Source of the DNA: Penicillus capitatus
Taxonomy: Eukaryota > Plantae > Chlorophyta
Assembly (NCBI GenBank): GCA_965649825.1
Contig: OZ287704.1
Coordinates: 174,101-238,100, forward strand
DNA: 64,000 nt
Reading direction: 5' to 3'
The notes under the pieces are model-generated. The model was not told where the DNA came from and ran no database searches. It saw nothing but the letters and a program-made list of their open reading frames with translations. Shown one piece after another: positions 22,532-34,100 of this stretch (position 1 is its first letter; the number at the start of each line of letters is the position of its first letter). Position numbers and translations under genes: made by a program.

Positions 22532-24287
22532 TATTTAACACGATTAACAACGCCGCGAACTTTTTGAGATATCTTCCACACCGAGTGGTCGCATTCTCGA
22601 GGTTCTCCTTATGCATAACAATGTATTTGTGGACTTCAAAGGGAAAGGAATTGGTAAGACATCGCGACTCAGGTCAGCATCCGAGCTGACTCAGACATCA
22701 GGTTTCATTATCGAGGCGATAAAGGAGGACGACGCCGGAAACTACGAAACTGCCCTCACACTGTATACCAAAGGGCTCGACTGTCTTCAAACGCACTTGA
22801 AATATGACAAGAGTGCAGTATCGAGGAAAGCTATCATAGACAAAGTACGCACGTGCAGATGGCCGGCGCTCTTCTGCTGAGGGGACGTTTTAGATCAATG
22901 AATACTTGGAAAGGGCAGAGTATTTGAAAGAGGTGATGAGGAACAGCCATGTCGATCGCAAAGATGACGGGAGAATGCGTTTGTCGAGAAGTCTGTCCAG
23001 TGCCATTGAAACAGAGCGGCCAGATGTCAAGGTGGGACATCAATGGTCACTCTTTCTGAACGAGAGGTGTCTCTGTCAGTTGGACGATATTGCTGGTCTG
23101 GATAGGGCAAAGGAAGCACTAAAAGAGGCTGTGATCATGCCTGTGAAGTTTCCACAGTTTTTTACAGGTTGGTTAAATTGCGAGTGACTTTCTTCAACTG
23201 GATGAAAGCCCACAGGGCAAAGAAGACCATCGAGTAGAATTCTGCTTTACGGCCCGCCTGGAACTGGGAAGAGTCGCCTAGCAAAGGTGAAATTATGTCC
23301 TGCGTCTCAAAGCTGCTCGACCTGCTGCTACAGGCGGCTGCGACAGAGGCAGAATTGCCAATCTTCGCCGTCAATTCCTGGGAATTTGTATCGGGAGGTC
23401 ATCAAAAAGGCGAGAATCTGCTACGTCACCTCTTCGAAGCAGCCCGTGCGAATTCTCCTTCGATTGTCTTGTTGGATGAAGTGCTGCGCTCCAAACGTAC
23501 CTGTTGGCATCCAACAAGGATGGCGTAGGTGAATGTCTTTAACAACTTGAAGGATGACGGCGTTGGCACAATGGCCGACAGATTAATTTCGCAGCTTCGG
23601 AATGAGTTGCAAACGACCAGTCAGTATAACAGAGAGCAGGTGTTTGTTCTGGCGACATCAAGCAAGCCCCATATCATCAATCCGTCAATCCGGGAGTATT
23701 TCGAGAAGGCGATTCATCTGTTTGCCATGTTTCTTACCTGATGGTCATGTGTTCTCTCAGCGTATCTACCTGTCGTTGCCAAAATCATTCGCCAGAGTCT
23801 CGATAATACAGACGCAACTAGGAAGTACTCCGCATTCACTGAAGGATGTCGACTTTCAGTTTCTGGGAGACAGTACCGAAGGGTTCTCGGGGTCGGATAT
23901 CTCTGTCCTCGTAAAGGATGTGTTGATGCAGCCCATTCGATTCCTCCGCGAAGCAACGCACTTCAGACAGGTCTATCTGCTAAAGGATCGCTGAGATTTA
24001 ATCACGCTGTGTGTTTAGATTCCAGGACTGCACGGTCCAAACTACATGCCTTGCCTCCCATCTGCCCCTGGCGCGCGTCCTATGACGCTGCAGTACTTCG
24101 CCGACAACGACATGGCAGAGAAGGTCGTGCCTCCGCAGATATCGATGGACGATTTCCAAAGGGTCCTCAGACAAGCAAATCCGACGGTTGGAAAAGAGGA
24201 GTTGGCCATGTTTGAATGCTTTACAAAAGAGTTTGGCGAAGAAGGCTAACACACACATGCTGCCTGCCTGTTTGTATGGATTCACTC
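22483..24287 (+). repeat. Segmental duplication, copy B
   Basis: Direct match to 11713-13592; near-identical at both ends and diverged in the middle. Confidence 0.9.
22611..24249 (+). CDS. Divergent VPS4 paralogue with intact ORF and degenerate ATPase motifs
   Basis: Same 8 intron positions as the 11860 copy, all spliceable (one GC-AG); no stops or frameshifts. [11 protein letters not shown] and IVLLDE are kept. SKWMGESE becomes [11 protein letters not shown] becomes ATS, AVRRRF becomes SIREYF. Confidence 0.85.
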
Positions 24288-25145
24288 GTCTCTATCATTC
24301 GAAGTGTTTCAACTCCACCTCCTTCGAACACTGAATCATGAAGGTTCTTAGTTTTAAGATTCATAGTTTTGCAGCGCATGAGGAGATCGTGTGCGCGTTT
24401 TGTGGTTGGTAGTGGTACACAAAACTTAGAAGGGAGGATGGTGGAATTCATGCAATCTCATAGACTGTATGTGTGATTGATCGTTTTGACATGTGTCAAC
24501 GGGTTTGGTATCGAAAAGATGCCGCTGAACTTGTTCGATCTGTCATACAAACAGACCGAGATACTGCAAAAACAGGTTTTTGTTAAACAACTGTGCTTTT
24601 AAGGCCGTTGTCTATTTCAGATTCCGCCGGATATGCAAAACACCGATGGTGCCCGTCTATGTTCCACGGAACTCTGGTCGTCAATCACCTACCACACCGA
24701 TACCTTGGGGTATCGTAAACCACTTGACCGAACCGCTCGAGTGCCCAGAGATAAGACACAAACCGACTTAGATAAGCATGTCGGGGGCGATCGATTCTTT
24801 TGACACGGTTGTCTAAGAGATACATACGCAAGAGTGTAAAAGACGTCGTTGGTCTCTCTGCCTTACTTGCGCTTCCTGCTGCGAATATTATCGTTTGAAA
24901 TCTGTGCGCATAGGAGACAGATGGCGAACGAAGTCTGTCAGGTCCAGGAGCTGTTCAGCAGCCATCGCTGGCAGTGAACTTCTGTCTAATGCCGAAATGG
25001 CAAATTTGTGAAGTACTCGGACCCGTTGACTGCATGCGTTGATCGAACGCTTTCTTCGTGCCAGAGATCTTCTAAACCTCTGCTTTACCAGAACGCCGAC
25101 GCGCAGTACCGAGAACCCGAATTCTGTCACCGCTGTCACCGTCCG

Positions 25146-28100
25146 ATGGTAAGGCCTTAATCTCGACGCGCATTCGGCCATCGTCATCAGATCGCGCGTT
25201 TGGTCAATCACGACGACGGTCATAGCAAGAGAGCTGTCGTGCTGATAGAGTGTCTGTTGGGAAGAGCCTGCGATTTCTGGATGCGTTCCAGAGGCTCGAG
25301 CCGGCCACAGTTTCACATGCATCGGTGGACGCAATCTTCTCTTCGGTGGATGCGGCCGCCGAGACGGTCCGTCGACTGTTTATCGCGAGCAGCGTCAAGC
25401 GACGACGTTTGCGCAGGAAAAGCACAGGCGTTCAATGACTTGTTCGAGCTATCGGCTCAAGGCGATTCGAGTTACGCGTGGAAATCGGTTCAGTCGCCCG
25501 ACGGGCCATTGCCGGCACCGCGAGCTCGACATGCCGCCGTTTCGGTACTTGTCGCTCGCTATATGCGACTCTGTACATCTAATGCGCCGCCATGTGTAGC
25601 TTGACGAAAATCGCGTCCTGATCTTCGGAGGATCGGATAAGCACAAGCGCTTCAACGATCTCTGGATCTTCGATTGGTCGTCGAAATCGTGGTCCGTTCC
25701 GGAAATCCTCGGCGAATGGCCGGAGCCGCGAGCGCACTTTACGGCCACCAAAATATCGAACACTGTATACTTCTTTGGCGGTTACGGCGGTTATGGACAA
25801 GTCTATGGCGATCTGTGGGCTCTTCATTTGCTCGAAGACGGCACATTCGAATGGGAAGATCTGACGACAAGAGTGGACGGAACACCACCACCCGCCCGTT
25901 TCGACCATCACTGCTTTAAGTATCCCGTCGGATCGAACAGCGCCGCCTTCGACAAGATCATCGTGGGTGGTGGTCGCGACCTCACGCAGATGTTTCACGA
26001 TAGCTACGTGTTCGACGTTGCCGAGATGAAATGGGAAACGGATAAGGAGCCCCCTTGTTTACCGGGTCAGATCTGCATGAATCTAGTGGACGAGGTGGAA
26101 AGTGTACCGCATCATAAAGTCTTCAGCTTCGGAGGAAAGACAGATATCATGATGTCTTTCACGAACAAGATGGAAGTCATGGACTGTGGAGATCTGAAAT
26201 GGCAGGCGCCTGTCATCGAGGGCGAACTGCCCATTGCTCGGTGATGGCGTCGACGACGGCCTGGCCATCGACGGTGTGTGGTGTCAGGGAGGGCAGCGCA
26301 TGGGTCTATGATGCTCGGACGGCAAGCATGTTGCTGTTTGGCGGCTGGTCGAATCGCTGGTTGTGTGATACCTGGAAGGCGAATGTGTCGAGTATTATTG
26401 GGCCACCTTACGCCTGCGTCTCCGTCACGCCTTCCATCGGTCCTGTGTTTGGCAATACCACCATCACGCTGAAAGGCTTGAGATTTCGCGATGGCAAATG
26501 CCAGGTAGAGACAGGCCTGTTCACCGAAGCGAGGCGATAGAGATGATGCGTTGTCTAGGTGCGGTTCGGTGCTGGAAAAAACGAAGTGATCGTGGACGGG
26601 TGTTTCGTCGACGAAGAGACCATTACCTGTCAAACGCCAAACTTTGAGCAACAGGGTGCCCAGGAAGTCGGTATCAAACTCAACATTGGCGGCGCTGGAT
26701 GGACAGTCAACAAAGTGACCTTCCAGTACTTCGAGAACACATGCTCGAAGAATTCATTGGCCTACGGTCCTGGACTGCTCACCGATGTCCTCTACGGAAT
26801 CGAAATGTGTTTCTTCATACAAGTGCGGTCGATAACTGGGCAGCGCACCTGACCATCTCGCCACTTGAATCACAGGCGTTTGATACAGTGGGCGAGAAGA
26901 GAACGAGTGGAAAGGACAATTTCGAAGTCACCGTTCTGACCGAGGACGGAAATTCGGCCGGTCAAGTGGCCGTCACTGATAAGGACGATGGAACATACGA
27001 CGTTCGATACATCGCCAAGCTGCCCGGGCCCTATCACATCTCGGTGAAGCATTTGGATTTTGGAGAGAAGAGTGACTGGGCGCACGTACGTGGAAGTCCT
27101 TTCATCGTGACATGCCACGACCCATGGACTCGGTACAAAGTTTTCGGACAGCTTCCGCCTATCAAGAAGCATGCCGTCCTGCATCACATGGCCGGCGATC
27201 TTGTTCTCTGCGGCACAACAGACTCCGGCGTTCACCTCTGCGAAACGCAAGACTCGGTAGTGCCTGCAATCGCCTGTGCCCGAGATTACTGTTCGGGACA
27301 GGAATGGAGATGGTCGTATGAGGACGTCTCAGGAGCAACGCCGCCGGATCTATCGAAGGGATCGCTGACATCGCAGACCAATCCTTGGGGCAGTATCTAT
27401 TTCGGCCAAGGAGCTTTCGTCTTCGACAGCGAACAGAAGTACACCTGCAAGCTCGCTGACGGCGGCAGTGGGCTCGTTTGGGAGACGCCAAACGAAATGC
27501 CGCAGACTTGGTAAACGTCTGTCTATCGCGTGGAAGAGCGATTGGCGATCGCATCTTTAGGGAGCTCCAGCTGATGGACACTCCCTTTCGATCGCTCTCG
27601 ACGTCCGCAGAGGTCGAGTTTAAGGGAACTCTGCCGACTCCGCGGCTGCAAGCCTCGATGGGAATCACGGACGGAATACTGTATATCTTCGGTGGTCGGA
27701 GTATTCCGGACGATAACGATGAGGACGCCGAGGAAGAAGTGCTCGACGAATTGATCGTTTTGGAAGTGGAGTGCGATGACATCATCCATGTCGAGACCGT
27801 CGAGAAAACGCATCCATGGCCAACACCTCGACGCGGTACGTCGTCGTTCGCGCAAACACATCGATCAAAGGGCAGAGCTTCGCAGGCGGCGTTTTCAGCG
27901 AATTAGCAGCCGGAATGATGTTACTCTATGGTGGATGGTCTGCAGACGAGACGCCATTGAACGAGGCCTGGATGTTGGATACTAAGGAGATGATATGGAC
28001 ACAGATGTACTCCGCAGATGCCAGTTTACTGACATGTCAGTGCACATTCGGTGCTGCGAAGGATGGACGATTGATGGCGATTGACAGCTCGCGTAAGTCA

Positions 28101-31100
28101 CGTTCCGAAGTGGTCTGCTGCGAGAATCGCTGTTTCTGTAGCTGGTTCTTCCAAACTGGACGTTGGATTGTCCCTCGATCCCTTGCAATCGAAAGAGGCT
28201 TTCAGCTTCCTCCCGAAGATGAAGGATGCATCTGTTGAAATCCTCAGCCGAATGGAAAACTGGATAAGGACGCAGAGAGCCGGACTCGATCTGTCATCTG
28301 ATCCCGCTGCGCTGGAGAAGAATTTTGACTCCTTGCTCATCGTCATGGACGCCCTCTTCACCGTTGGACCGATCGATCGAGCGATCGATTCCAAACACGC
28401 GTTGTCTTTTGTTCTTAGGTCAAGTCTCAGATGGCGGATACCGATCTCAAACTGGATCAGTTGAAGGAGGTGTTTAACGTACTGAGCAGGTCGCGTGTTC
28501 CCGTTCAGAAACAAGAAAAGAAACTGGACGATCTCTTTCAGAACTGGAGGGTCGTTAAGGAAAAGCACCCGCATTCAAAAGAAGCTGTCTTGCCGATACA
28601 ACAAGTGGAAGGATCGAGAATCCAATCCGAAATCGAAGCTTTCACCTTCGAGGCAAAGGAGTTTCGCATTCAATTCTACAAGAGGCCATTCTTTAAGTAC
28701 ACGACGGGATCCGAAGTGGCTTACATCGACATGGACGTCATCTCCAACGACATTGCCGATCTGAAGAGGCGCCTGGCAGAGTTCCGTAAACTGGCAGACA
28801 TGTTTGAATTTCCTGAAGCGACTAGACAGGCAGAAAACGAAGTCCAGCGACTTTATTCAGAACTGGTTATGGTCAAAGATGTCTGGGATACATCGTCGCT
28901 CTGTGAGCTTCAATTTCAGTCGTGGCGTCAGACGCTGTGGGCCGACATTCATACGGAGCTCATGGAGGACGGCGCCAAAGGATTCGTGAAAGAAGTCAAA
29001 GGACTTCCGAAGTGGATTCGAGAGGAGCATTGCTACAAAGGACTGGATCAGTCCGTCAAGAACTTCTTAGTCTCCATTCCTCTGGTGGCAGATCTGAGAA
29101 GCCCTGCCATGCGTGACCGCCACTGGCAATTGCTGATGGAAACGACCAAAGTCCACTTCAAGATCGACGCCGAATTCAAACTGGACGATCTGCTATCCCT
29201 TGAGCTGCACAAGTTCGAAGACGAGGTCGGCGAGATTGTGGATCGAGCTCAGAAAGAAGAAAAGATGGAGAACGCTTTGCAGAAGCTCGAAGAGACGTGG
29301 AGCAAAGTCGAATTCGATCTCATTCAACATAAGGACACGGAGATCTACACCGTCAAGATGACGGAGGAAGATTTCGAGGTCCTGGAAGACAATCAGGTTC
29401 TTGTGCAAGGGATGATGGCCAATCGTTATATGAACACGTTCAAAGATCCGATCCTGAGCTGGAACAAAAAGCTGATGAATACGGCAGACGTCAACCAGAT
29501 TCTCCAGGAGATTCAGAGGACTTGGGCATATCTCGAATCGCTGTTTATTCATTCGGAAGAAGTGAAGAAAGAACTTCCCGAGGCGGCGACGAAATTCGCT
29601 CAGATCGACAAGGACGTGAAACAGGTAGGCGTTTTGGCAAGGTCCTGTTCTGGTGGTCTGCAATGGAGAGAGCAGGTTTTGACGAGTTTCAAAGGTGTTA
29701 AGAACTGTGTGGCCTGCTGCAATGAGGACGGCTTGATGCCATTTCTCGAAAAACAGCAGACAGCACTGGAGATCTGCGAGAAAGCGTTGGCAGATTTTAT
29801 GGAAAGCAAACGGCGCATCTTTCCGAGGTTCTACTTCATCTCGACGGCAGATCTCCTCGATATTCTGGCCAATGGCAACAGTCCTGTTAAAGTAACGCAC
29901 GTCGATGGCTGCTTCCTCAAGACTTAAGTGGCTGGCTGCTTCAGGTCATGAGCCATATGTCCAAGTGCTTTCAGGCGATCGAAAAGCTGAAGCTCGACAA
30001 GGAAGATCCGACGGGTGGACGTCCGAGTGGTTTGGGAATGGTGTCCTGTGTCGGCACCGAATACGTGGAATGGAAATCGGCACTCGCTTTACAGAACAAA
30101 GTGGAAGAGTACATGAACGACATCGTCCAGAAGATGCGTGAAGAATTGCGCCTTGTGCTGAAAGAATCGTTGGAGGCCTATTCAGCGAAGCCTCGAGATG
30201 AATGGCTCTTTGACTGGCCTTCTCAGATCATCCTGGTCGTCAGTCAGATCTTCTGGGTCCAAGAAGTCGAGAAGGCCTTTCAAGACATGCAAAGCGGAAA
30301 GAAAGACGCCATGAAACGCTACAACGATTTTCAGGTTCAGCAACTCACGCGTCTCATCGAAGTCACGCGAACGGAACTCTCGAAAGCCGATCGGCAAAAG
30401 GTGGGTGGTGCTTACAGAAGAGCTTTCTTCGATTACGTGTCGTCCTCTGCTGTGCCCAGGTTATGAATATGATCACCATCGATGCCCATTCGAGGGATAT
30501 GGTTCAAGGCGTGGTGGAGGCAGGCGCAGACAAGGTGGACTGTTTTCAGTGGGTCTGTCAGATGCGTTCGTATTGGGACAGTTCCATCAGCGACTGCCGG
30601 ATCAAGATCTGTGATGCCTCCTTTCCTTACGGATATGAGTATCTCGGAAACGGACCTCGTCTCGTCATCACACCTCTGACGGATCGGATCTATATCACGG
30701 CGACGCAGGCATGCTGGCTCTGTCTCGGAACGGCACCGGCTGGACCGGCTGGAACAGGAAAGACCGAAACGACGAAAGATCTGTCAGCTCAGCTGGGCAA
30801 ATCGGTCTATGTCTTCAACTGTGGGCCCGAAATGGACTATCGGACAATGGGAGATATCTTCAAGGGTCTGGCCGCCTCAGGATCCTGGGGATGTTTTGAC
30901 GAGTTCAATCGATTGGTACCGGAAGTGTTGTCAGTGTGTGCCACACAATACAAGTGCGTTACCGATGCACAGAAACGCAAGTCGTTGCTGCCGGGCAGAG
31001 GTCTCGAATACATCGACAAAGAAGGGCAGAAGCATCCGGCTCTGGCGAAATGGAGCTTCGTTGCCGCAGATGGCATCGAGATGCCGTTGGAAGAGGGCAC

Positions 31101-34100
31101 TTCTGCTTTCATTACCATGAATCCTGGATACATCGGCCGAGCCGAGCTGCCAGAATCACTAAAGGCGCTGTTTCGCCCGATCACTGTGATGGTGCCCGAC
31201 AGGCAGCTCATCATGGAGAATATGTTGATGGCGGAAGGCTTTGTCCAGGCAAAGATGCTTGCCAAGAAATTTGCCTCCCTCTATTACCTCCTCGAAGATC
31301 TCCTCTCTCCTCAGAAACACTACGACTGGGGATTGCGCGCCATCAAATCTGTCCTCGTTGTTGCCGGATCGCTGCTGCGAGCACAGGAGGGTCAGATCGA
31401 GTCCGATGTGCTCTTCAGAGCCCTGCGAGATTTCAACATCCCGAAGATCTTGTCACAGGATATGGTGATCTTCATGGGACTCCTGAACGATCTCTTCCCT
31501 CGTGTCGATCCGCCGAGAAAACGCGATCTCAGTTTCGAAGATGTTATTCGAGAGACGACGATCGAGATGGGTCTGACACCGGAAGACGATTTCATTCTCC
31601 GCGTCGTTCAGCTCTCCGAGCTGCTGGCCATCCGGCATTGCGTCTTCCTTATGGGCCCAACGGGATGCGGCCGGACGGAGTGTTACCGTGTCTTGGCAAA
31701 GGCCATCACCAAAGGATGCGATCATCCCGAAAACGATTACCTCAAGATGACGAACAGGAAGAAGCTCACGATTCGGGACATCAATCCCAAGAGCGTCAGC
31801 ACTCAGGAGCTCTACGGTTATGTCAACATGGCAACGAGGGAATGGAAAGATGGATTGCTCTCTTACAATATGAGAGAACTGGCCAACATTCCAGATGATC
31901 ACCCCAAGTGGATCCTCCTCGATGGCGATCTGGATGCCAATTGGATCGAATCGATGAACTCTGTGATGGACGATAACCGACTCCTGACGCTTCCATCAAA
32001 CGAGCGTATTCGTCTGCTCCCTCACATGAAGCTCATTTTCGAGATTCGTGATCTGAAATACGCCAGTCCTGCCACGGCAACGCGTGCAGGAATCCTCTAT
32101 ATCTCGGAAGGACATCAGTGGCTTAATATGGTTGAGTCTTGGCTGTCCAGTGTCGGTCATGACTATGCCGTGAGAGCCAAGTGGAAAGATCCGAGTGTTC
32201 CGGTGCAGTGGCTCAGGGACTGTTTTGAGAAGTACGTCCCGGAAACGATCATCGAAATGAAGAAAGCCTTTTCACCCATTACGCCCCTCGGCACGATGAA
32301 CTACGTCACCAGTCTGATCCGTGTTCTTGAGGGCTGTCTGAAACCGGAGACGCTGACGAACAAGACGGAGCAGCATCTCTTTGAGATGTATTTTGTGTTT
32401 GGCATGATCTGGGCCTTTGGTGGAGCACTGTGCGAAAAAGATGGCATCAACTATCGACAGAATTTCGACAAATGGTGGAAGCGAAATTGGACAACGGTGA
32501 AGATTCCGGGAAAGGGCTCCGTCTTCGATTACTTTGTCAATCCCAAGACAGCAAAGTTCCAACCGTGGGCTGAACTGGTCACCGATGTTGCCTACACTCC
32601 TGGCACGCCCATGGCAAAGCTGTTTGTCCCGACGGCCGAAACGGCATCGCTCAAATTCTTCCTGGACATGATGATTGATCTGAAGAAACCGATCATGTTT
32701 GTCGGCGGCGCCGGCGTCGGCAAGACACAGCTCGTGCGTGGCAAACTGGACACCCTTTCCGAAAACGAGCTCTCCCTTAGCATCAGCTTCAACTACTTCA
32801 CCGACGCCATCAGTTTTCAGAAAGTCCTGGAGGGTCCACTGGAGAAGAAGGCGGGTGTGAACTACGGACCGCCCGGCACCAAACAGTTGATCTATTTTGT
32901 GGATGATCTGAATATGCCGAAGCTCGATGCTTACGAAACCGCCATGCCGATCTCCCTCATTCGGCAGCACTTGGGATGGGGGCACTGGTTTGATCGGACG
33001 AAGCTCACGCAGAAGAACGTCGCCAATACTCAGTACGTGGCATGCATGAACCCGACAGCCGGTTCCTTCGTTGTCAATCCTCGCCTCCAACGACTATTCA
33101 TGACATTGGCGATGGATTTCCCCGGCCAAGATTCACTGATGCGCATCTACGGCACGTTTTTGACGGGGCATCTGAAGCAGTTTAATACGGACGTGCAGGA
33201 ACTGGGCACCAAGATCTTGCAGGCGGCGCTGGCGTTGCACGAAAAAGTGTCGTCCACTTTCCGCAAGACGGCTGTCAATTTCCACTACGAGTTCACTGTC
33301 CGACACCTGGCCCAGGTCTTCCAGGGATTGCTCATGTCCCAGCCGGATCAGTTTAATCACACGACTAAAATGGCAAAGCTCTGGCTGCACGAGTCTGAAC
33401 GGGTCTATGCCGATCGTCTCGTATCGCCGAGTGATCTCGAGAGCTACAACAAAATGGCCGTGACGGTGTGCAAGAAATACTTCAACATTCCAGACATCGA
33501 CGATTACTACAAAAAGAAGGATGCCAAGCCGCTGATCTTCTGCCACTTTGCTCAGGGCCTGGGCGACGCTATCTACAACGAAGTCGTCGATTTTACCGCT
33601 CTGGGCAAAACGCTGACGGAGGCCTTGGAAGAATACAACGAAACGAACGCTGTGATGGACCTGGTGTTGTTTGAAGATGCCATGAAGCACGTCTGCCGCA
33701 TTTCTCGTGTCATCTCCAATCCTTCTGGCCACGCGCTGCTCGTCGGTGTTGGTGGATCCGGAAAGCAATCGCTCTCGAGACTGGCAGCGCATATCTGTGG
33801 CTATGCAACCTCGACCATTGTCATCTCTGGCAGCTACGGCATCAACAACTTCAAAGAGGACCTGCAGAAGATGTACAAGAAAGCGGGAGTCAAAGGCGAA
33901 GGGATCATGTTCCTGTTCACGGACTCGCAGATCATCGACGAACGCATGTTGGTGTTTATTAACGATCTGCTGTCGTCGGGCGAAATTCCGGATCTCTTTC
34001 CGCAAGAAGACAAAGACGAGATCGTCAATTCTATGCGATCGGAAACGAAAGCGCTCGGATTGGTGGATTCAACGGAGAACTGCTGGGCGACGTTTATTCA

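Noticed and set aside
25249-28300. Kelch/IPT/filamin domains fused to a dynein as a novel fusion
   Set aside because: This is the established architecture of Chlamydomonas ODA11.
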